Shown piece by piece: positions 16,948 to 22,633 of a DNA stretch of 22,633 nt (position 1 is its first letter; every line of letters begins with the position of its first letter). The position numbers and the translations under genes are program-made. A model generated the notes under the pieces. It did no database searches. It was not told the DNA's origin and saw nothing but the letters and a program-made list of their open reading frames with translations. Origin of the DNA: Verrucomicrobiota bacterium (GTDB lineage: Bacteria > Verrucomicrobiota > Verrucomicrobiia > Limisphaerales > CANJSG01); assembly GCA_038209745.1 (NCBI GenBank), contig JBBQXJ010000077.1:1-22633 (forward strand), in the 5' to 3' direction.

Positions 16948-17109
16948 CTTGTTCCAGTTATCGGAGTTAATTTTGAAACACTTAATACCCCTAAAGGCTG
17001 CATCTCAGAAGCGGTGACCGTCCATTGCCACGCCGCAGAGACAACAGAGTAAATGCCTCAAGTTGGAGCAAAGCGCAACGATTCGCTCAGACTTTGAGTG
17101 ACGTCCCCC

Positions 17110-17628
17110 TCAGCCATTGAATCTAGGAATGGTCACGGTGCGGGCGACGGTGGGGGCGGTCGAAATCCGCCACAGATAGAAGACCAGACCCGCGAGAGCC
17201 AAGGTGTTCCCCCCCATCGAAACCCCGTGCCACAGACGAAACGAGCTCTCGGCGGCCTTTCGCTCCACCGGCTGAGCCGACGGGCTGTATTTGATCAGAT
17301 GCCACTGCCGAAGCTTCGGTTGAAGGACGAATCCGCCGAAAAGTCCCATCCCGAAGATGGCCAGCAAAACCCAGAGAATGGCCCGATCGATGGGGCGTCC
17401 GATGTAGAGGAATTCAGCCAGAATGTGGACCAGCGAGACTCCGGCACACACATGCTGGACCCAGAACAACTTGGCAACCACGGCCTGGGTGGCATAACCG
17501 GCCCAAAAGGGCGTCAGGGCCCCTTTCAGACCCAGCACGGTGGGAGCGACGAAGAATGTGAAAAATACCGTCGACCCAAGCCAGATCGCGGCGTTGAAAA
17601 TCGCCACCGTTCGCAGAAGCGGAATCAT
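17110..17628 (-). CDS. Four-TM membrane protein, DUF4149/TMEM205-like
   Basis: AIWLGSTVFFTFFVAP at the N-terminus, four hydrophobic segments, and FRLWHGVS before the last helix, typical of this family. Confidence 0.8.
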   Translation of the reverse strand: MIPLLRTVAIFNAAIWLGSTVFFTFFVAPTVLGLKGALTPFWAGYATQAVVAKLFWVQHVCAGVSLVHILAEFLYIGRPIDRAILWVLLAIFGMGLFGGFVLQPKLRQWHLIKYSPSAQPVERKAAESSFRLWHGVSMGGNTLALAGLVFYLWRISTAPTVARTVTIPRFNG

Positions 17629-17689
17629 TGCGGTCAGGCTAGGCCAGCATCGCCCTTCGCGCCAAGCCCTTGCTCGTCCGCTTGCGTGG

Positions 17690-19417
17690 TCATTCGCCCA
17701 GGACCAGCCGGATGGTCGTCCCCCGCCCCTTCGATTCCACCTCGCACCGTCCCCCGATCTCCTTCAGGCGCTGGCGCATGTTGGCGAGGCCGTTACCGGA
17801 CGAAGCACGGCCTTTGGTCGGGACGACCTCACCCGGTGTGAAGCCTTTTCCATCGTCCGTGATCGTAATCGCGAAGCCATGGCCCAGCGTCCGGAGACCG
17901 ATAGAAACCTGGGTCGCGCCGGAGTGCTTCACCGCGTTGTTCAGTGCTTCCTTGAAGGAAAGGAAGAGGTTGTGGCGCGCTTCGGCCGTGACCTGCCATC
18001 CGGGTAGGTCCACGGGGAGATCGAGCCGGCAGCGAATGTCGGCAGCATCCAGAAAGTCTTGGGCGTAGCTCGCCATGTAGTTCGCCAGACTGTCGAGGGT
18101 GTCGTGCTTGGGGTTCACCGCCCAGACGATCTCGTCCATCGCCTGCACCAACTCCCTGGAGGTCCGAAAAATCTGGCCCAGGGCGTCCATCGCCTGGGGC
18201 GATCCGTGGTGCTCCGGGGAGACCGATTCGCTGAGGAGAGAAATGCGGGTCAGGCTCGCCCCCAGATCGTCGTGGATGTCCTTCGCGATACGGGCCCGTT
18301 CGCGCTCGACCGCCCGCTGCCGCTCGGCAGCCTCCATGGTCCGCCGCATCTTCCACTGGGTGCCCGCCCAAACCACGATCGCCACGATCGCCATGGCCGC
18401 CGTGGCTACGGCGATCCGGAACGGCAGCGTCTGCCAGAAATACGGGAGAACCGTGAACGCCAACGCGGCACCGGTCTTGTTCCAGACCCCGTCGTTGTTG
18501 CACGCGGTCACACGGAACACGTAGTTGCCGGGAGCGATGTAGCTGTAGTTCACCGACCGTTTCGTCCCCGCGTCCATCCACTCGGGCTCCAGTCCTTCCA
18601 GCCGATAGCGGAACCGCACCTTGGTCGGGGAGACAAAGCTGAGCCCCGTGTATTGGAACTCGAACTGCGCCTGGCCCGGCTCGATCCTCCGCGAGCGCAC
18701 GTCACGACCCCGCAGCACGACCGGCCGGCCATCGACGTTCATCACTTCGATCGCCACCGGTGGCGGCAACGGATTGGCCCGGACCCGGGCCGGATCCACC
18801 ACCACGAGGCCCTTGCTCGTCGGGAACAACAGACGCCCGTCGGCGGTCCGGGCGCTCGCCGGTTGCATCCCGCCGGAACACTCCACCGTCGGGAGCCCGT
18901 CCTCCACTCCGTCGAGCACAGCGTCCACCCGCGCCAGCGTCCCGTCGGCGCACCGGTCGAGCTCGTCCTTCGACACCCGGATAATCCCCCCTTGGGCGCT
19001 GATCCAGAACCGACCCCGCCCATCGTCTTGGATGTCGGACAATGAATTTCTGGGAAGCCCCTGCTCCGGCCCGATCGTCTTGAACGCTCCCGTGTAGAAC
19101 CGGCTCAACCCGCCTCCGGCGGTGCAGATCCAGAGCGCGCCTTTTTCGTCGAACCTCAGCCCGCGGATGAACTCGCTGGGCAATCCGTCCTTCTTCCCGA
19201 ACTGCCGCACTTGCCCGTCCTTCGTCCAGCCCAGACCGCCGCCCAGCATGCCGAACCAGATGGCACCGTCCGGCCCTTCCGCCAAGGAACGCACATCGGG
19301 AGACACCAACCCCTCCGTCGCCCCGAACCGCCGGACCCGCCCGGAGTCGTATTGCAGAAGACCGCTTCCGGAGCCCATCCAGACCGTGCCGTCCTTCGCA
19401 TGCATCACCGCGGGCAC
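17690..19417 (-). CDS. C-terminal half of the split sensor kinase: remaining propeller, Y_Y_Y, TM, HisKA_3 and HATPase_c
   Basis: FRYRLEGLEPEW...YSYIAPGNYVFRVTACNNDGVWN (Y_Y_Y), PYFWQT plus TM, ERARIAKDIHDDLG (H-box), EALNNAVKHS, DDGKGF, GNGLANMRQR. Independent translation is not demonstrated. Confidence 0.5.
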   Translation of the reverse strand: MPAVMHAKDGTVWMGSGSGLLQYDSGRVRRFGATEGLVSPDVRSLAEGPDGAIWFGMLGGGLGWTKDGQVRQFGKKDGLPSEFIRGLRFDEKGALWICTAGGGLSRFYTGAFKTIGPEQGLPRNSLSDIQDDGRGRFWISAQGGIIRVSKDELDRCADGTLARVDAVLDGVEDGLPTVECSGGMQPASARTADGRLLFPTSKGLVVVDPARVRANPLPPPVAIEVMNVDGRPVVLRGRDVRSRRIEPGQAQFEFQYTGLSFVSPTKVRFRYRLEGLEPEWMDAGTKRSVNYSYIAPGNYVFRVTACNNDGVWNKTGAALAFTVLPYFWQTLPFRIAVATAAMAIVAIVVWAGTQWKMRRTMEAAERQRAVERERARIAKDIHDDLGASLTRISLLSESVSPEHHGSPQAMDALGQIFRTSRELVQAMDEIVWAVNPKHDTLDSLANYMASYAQDFLDAADIRCRLDLPVDLPGWQVTAEARHNLFLSFKEALNNAVKHSGATQVSIGLRTLGHGFAITITDDGKGFTPGEVVPTKGRASSGNGLANMRQRLKEIGGRCEVESKGRGTTIRLVLGE

Positions 19418-19429
19418 GGGCGTCCGAAA

Positions 19430-20662
19430 CTACTCCATCCCGGGTACCCGCCCGAATCGTCCACCTTCTTGGAGGAACACGCCGCCGCCCCAAGTCGCCG
19501 CCCACACTCGACCCTTCGGCCCCTCCGTAACCGACCAGACGAATGGATTCTCCAATCCATCCTCCGCCCCATGATGGACCCAGGACTCGTCGCTGAACCG
19601 ATACAGACCGGCCCCTTCCGTTCCGGCCCAGATGGATCCGTCACGGGCCTCCTGCACCGTCAACACCGCACGCCCCTGCCAGTCGTCCGGCGGATTCAGC
19701 GTCTTCAAGTGGGAGGGCCGCAGGACCACCAGACCATTGCCTCCGGTGGCGACCCATAGATTCCCCTCGTGGTCCTCGCACACACCGCGGATCCAATCGC
19801 TGGGAAACCCGTTTCCCCGGTAGAACCGCCGCACTTCCTCGCCGGGTCGCACGACGAACAGCCCCTCGTCCTGCGTGCCCGCCAGCAACCATCCCGTCCG
19901 GGTTTCCCTGAGGGCGGTCACCCGTTTGGAGCCCCAGGCAACCTCGCCGAAATCCCGCACCAGCCGGCCGTCCCTCCAGTGCCCGAGCCGGCCGTCGTGT
20001 ACCAACCACAAGGTGTTGCTGCTCCCCGAACAGAGTCCCTGCACGTAGTTTTCCGCCTTGATCCCCTCCAGGGCAGGATCCCGCACCCGACCCCGTTCGA
20101 AGACCGAGAGCGCCCCGTCCCGCGCCAGCCAGATTCGTCCCTGCGGATCCCGGTCGAGGCTCACCAATTTGTCCGCCGTCCCCACCCGCGGGACCACGGT
20201 CCGGCCGTCTCCGGGACGGACCAGGATCCCCTCCTCGTTCAAGAGCCAAAGATCGCCGACTTCGTCCGTGGCCAACCCCATGATCCGCCGGTTCTGCCAA
20301 GTGGCATTGACCGGAATGGACTGGAACCGGCCGTCCGCATATCGGGTCAGTTCGCCGGTCTCATGCCCGATCCACAGCACGCCGACCGGGTCCTCGAAGA
20401 GACTCGTGACGCGGCTGCTCCGCATTTCTGGGACTGTAGTGTCGTCGAAGACGGTGAACCGCACGCCATCAAAGCGCGCCAGCCCGCTGTAGGTGCCCAC
20501 CCAGAGATACCCGTCCCTAGCCTGGAGCACCGACGAGATCGAGTTCTGCGGCAATCCGTCTTCCGCCTGCCATTGATGGATCGAGAAATCCGGCAAAGCA
20601 TCCGGATGGCCGGCCCAAGCCACCGAGACGGATATCCACGCGACGATCGTCGCCAAAACCAT
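19430..20662 (-). CDS. N-terminal half of the split sensor kinase: signal peptide plus two-component-regulator propeller repeats
   Basis: WQAEDGLPQNSISSVLQARDGYLWVGTYSGLARFDG and repeated (E/D)xxGxLWxxT blades; ends at the premature TAG. Confidence 0.5.
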   Translation of the reverse strand: MVLATIVAWISVSVAWAGHPDALPDFSIHQWQAEDGLPQNSISSVLQARDGYLWVGTYSGLARFDGVRFTVFDDTTVPEMRSSRVTSLFEDPVGVLWIGHETGELTRYADGRFQSIPVNATWQNRRIMGLATDEVGDLWLLNEEGILVRPGDGRTVVPRVGTADKLVSLDRDPQGRIWLARDGALSVFERGRVRDPALEGIKAENYVQGLCSGSSNTLWLVHDGRLGHWRDGRLVRDFGEVAWGSKRVTALRETRTGWLLAGTQDEGLFVVRPGEEVRRFYRGNGFPSDWIRGVCEDHEGNLWVATGGNGLVVLRPSHLKTLNPPDDWQGRAVLTVQEARDGSIWAGTEGAGLYRFSDESWVHHGAEDGLENPFVWSVTEGPKGRVWAATWGGGVFLQEGGRFGRVPGME

Positions 20663-20812
20663 GCGCGGGAAGCCGGGGTGGAACACGGGGAGACGATGCC
20701 CTCCGAGCGGACCCGTCTCAAGCGCCGGGTTTCCCCGGACTCCGACGCCACAAACAAACCGGCGGCTGGATCGCTCCATCCGCCGGTCGTTGAAATGTTC
20801 CGCTTCCGCGCG

Positions 20813-21652
20813 TCAGGACATCGCTTCGCCGAGCTGCATCCGGACGAAGCGCCGGATGGAGATCTCGTCGCCCAGCTTCTTGCCGAGCGCCGCGACATGG
20901 TCCTTCACGCTCACTTCGCCGTTCTGCTTCACAAAGCCCTGATCCACGAGGCAGATGCCCTGGTAGAACTTCTCCAGCTTGCCTTCAAGGATCTTGGCGA
21001 TCGCCTGCGGCGGCTTGTTCTTCACCTGCTCGCCCGCGATCTCCTTTTCCCTCTCGATCAACGCAGCGGGCACCTCGGTGCGGTCGACATACTGGGGAGT
21101 GGCCGCGGCGATCTGCAGCGTGATGTCCCGGACGAGCTGCTTGAACTCGTCGTTCGCGACGGTCTCGTTCTTGCCGGCGCCGACTTCCACGAGCACGCCG
21201 ACCTTGGCGCCGGTGTGGATGTAGGTGGCGACCAGGCCATTGCCGGTCACGTCCAACTTGTGGCTGCGGCGGATCAGGATGTTCTCGCCGATCTTGGCCA
21301 CGGCCGCGACCCGGTCCGCTTCCAGATCGACCGCCGGATTGGCCAGCAGTTTCTCGGCGACGCTCTCGCCCCAGGCCTTGAACGAATCGTTGCGGCCCAC
21401 GAAGTCGGTCTCGCAGTTGATCTCGACGAGGATGCCGGACTTGGAGCCGGGAGCGATGCTCTGGAAGATCGCGCCCTCCTTGGCGTCGCGGTCCGCCTTC
21501 TTGGCGGCGGAAGCGATCCCTTTCTTGCGGAGAAGATCGACGGCCCCATCGAGGTCGCCCTGCGTTTCAACGAGGGCTTTCTTGCAATCCATCAACCCGG
21601 CACCCGTGATCTCACGGAGTTTGCCCACGGCTTGTGCGGTAATCTCTGCCAT
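20813..21652 (-). CDS. tsf: Translation elongation factor Ts
   Basis: LREITGAGLMDCKKAL, EINCETDFV, IGENI, YIH, NKPPQAIAKILEGKLEKF; downstream of rpsB. Confidence 0.98.
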   Translation of the reverse strand: MAEITAQAVGKLREITGAGLMDCKKALVETQGDLDGAVDLLRKKGIASAAKKADRDAKEGAIFQSIAPGSKSGILVEINCETDFVGRNDSFKAWGESVAEKLLANPAVDLEADRVAAVAKIGENILIRRSHKLDVTGNGLVATYIHTGAKVGVLVEVGAGKNETVANDEFKQLVRDITLQIAAATPQYVDRTEVPAALIEREKEIAGEQVKNKPPQAIAKILEGKLEKFYQGICLVDQGFVKQNGEVSVKDHVAALGKKLGDEISIRRFVRMQLGEAMS

Positions 21653-21696
21653 AACGTTCAGTCTCAGTCTGGTTGGTTAAACTCACCCCGGTTCAC

Positions 21697-21741
21697 GGAA
21701 AAGAAGAAGCCGGCAGGAACGGGGACGTTCGCTGCCGGCTC
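21697..21741 (-). terminator. Intrinsic terminator/attenuator between rpsB and tsf
   Basis: Minus strand AGCCGGCAG-c-GAACG-tccc-CGTTC-CTGCCGGCT (14 pairs, one bulge) followed by TCTTCTTTTCC. Confidence 0.7.
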
Positions 21742-21750
21742 CGCGGAAAA

Positions 21751-22578
21751 CTAGGCTTGGACAGCGGGACCCGTTTCGGTGGCGGCCGCCGGCGTCGCGA
21801 CCGGCGCTTCGGCTTGGACCTGGTTCGGGAACTGGGCCTCTTTGGCGGCTTCGGCGGCGGCCTGTTCCTCGTTCTTGCGGCGGGCGTGCTTGGCGTCGAA
21901 CTCGGCTTTCGCGGCGGCGATGGTCTCGACAACCGTCGTCAGGATCAGCCGGACGGAACGGATCGCGTCGTCGTTGCCGGCGATCGGATAGTCGGTCAGG
22001 AGGGGGTCGCAGTTCGTGTCGACGATCGCCACGACGGGGATGTTCAGACGGCGGGCCTCGGCGATGGCGTTGTGCTCGCGCTTGATGTCCACGACGAACA
22101 TCACGGTGGGCATCTTCTCCAGCGTGCGGATGCCGTCCAGGTTCTTGAACTGGCGGGCGTGCTCGCGGCGGATCATCGACTGCTCCTGCTTCACGTATTC
22201 GTTGATGGAACCGTCGGTCTCCATCTTCTCGATGTCCTTCATGCGCTTGATCGAGCGCTTGACGGTGGCGAAATTGGTCAGGGTGCCGCCCAGCCAACGG
22301 TCGGTGACGTGCAGCTGGCCGCAGGCCTTGGCGGCTTCCTTGACTGCTTCCTGCGCCTGCTTCTTGGTGCCGACGAAGAGGACGTTGCCGCCCTTGAGCA
22401 CGGTGTCGTGCAGGAATTTGCAGGCCTTCTCCAGCTGAACAACGGTCTTGCTGAGATCGATGATGTGGATGCCGTTGCGGGCGTCGAAGATGAATTCCTT
22501 CATCTTGGGGTTCCAGCGCTTGGTCTGGTGGCCGAAATGGACGCCTGCTTCGAGTAGCTCTTTGACTCCGATGTTCAT
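21751..22578 (-). CDS. rpsB: 30S ribosomal protein S2
   Basis: LLEAGVHFGHQTKRWNPKM, FVGTKKQAQ, RWLGGTLTNF, DTNCDP, IAGNDDAIRS; Ala-rich C-terminal tail. Confidence 0.99.
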   Translation of the reverse strand: MNIGVKELLEAGVHFGHQTKRWNPKMKEFIFDARNGIHIIDLSKTVVQLEKACKFLHDTVLKGGNVLFVGTKKQAQEAVKEAAKACGQLHVTDRWLGGTLTNFATVKRSIKRMKDIEKMETDGSINEYVKQEQSMIRREHARQFKNLDGIRTLEKMPTVMFVVDIKREHNAIAEARRLNIPVVAIVDTNCDPLLTDYPIAGNDDAIRSVRLILTTVVETIAAAKAEFDAKHARRKNEEQAAAEAAKEAQFPNQVQAEAPVATPAAATETGPAVQA

Positions 22579-22633
22579 GCTGTTGGTTTCCGATGGTTTC
22601 GACCGGATATTCCGGCCATCCCGCGGAAGACGG
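22579..22633 (-). promoter_or_regulatory. 3' part of the rpsB leader with a structured hairpin (possible S2 autoregulatory element)
   Basis: Minus strand GATGG-CCGGA-ata-TCCGG-tcgaaa-CCATC can fold just upstream of the start. S2 leaders are known, but the conserved core is not visible in the window. Confidence 0.3.

Larger units (their letters stand above)
17690..20662 (-). pseudogene. Sensor histidine kinase (Reg_prop propellers, Y_Y_Y, TM, HisKA_3, HATPase_c) interrupted by one in-frame TAG at 19432-19430
   Basis: Minus strand reads ...GGG ATG GAG TAG TTT CGG ACG CCC GTG CCC GCG GTG ATG...; both halves share a frame and join into one protein of about 990 aa. Could be a true nonsense allele or a sequencing error. 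Start placed at MVLATIVAWIS (20662) is uncertain. Confidence 0.8.

Noticed and set aside
19430..19432. Pyrrolysine or genetic-code reassignment of TAG
   Set aside because: TAG terminates rpsB, rsfS and the cytochrome gene at plausible ends; no pyl genes or suppressor tRNA are in the window.

Overview
High-GC bacterial chromosomal segment. The gene families suggest Verrucomicrobiota or a PVC relative (inference): kinase-WD40 fusion, PQQ-like propeller, planctomycete-type cytochrome c fused to an FGE-like domain, and a PUR-domain protein. In order the window holds: a 5'-truncated Ser/Thr kinase-TM-WD40 gene; a secreted PQQ-like beta-propeller with two EF-hands, followed by a decayed, internally deleted paralog remnant; a small EamA/DMT transporter; a secreted diheme cytochrome c/FGE-like protein; a cupin; a TPR protein; an XRE-cupin regulator divergent from tdh-kbl-pdxA-pepP with three candidate palindromic operators; a secreted Gln/Pro/Val-rich protein; radC; nadD; rsfS with a histone H1-like Lys-rich tail; a PUR-repeat protein; a DUF4149-like membrane protein; a propeller-sensor histidine kinase broken by one in-frame TAG; and tsf-rpsB. 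I saw no tRNA, rRNA, CRISPR array or mobile element. I cannot prove a new system from this window. The best leads are the diheme/FGE-like protein, the XRE-regulated tdh-kbl-pdxA unit and the H1-tailed RsfS.
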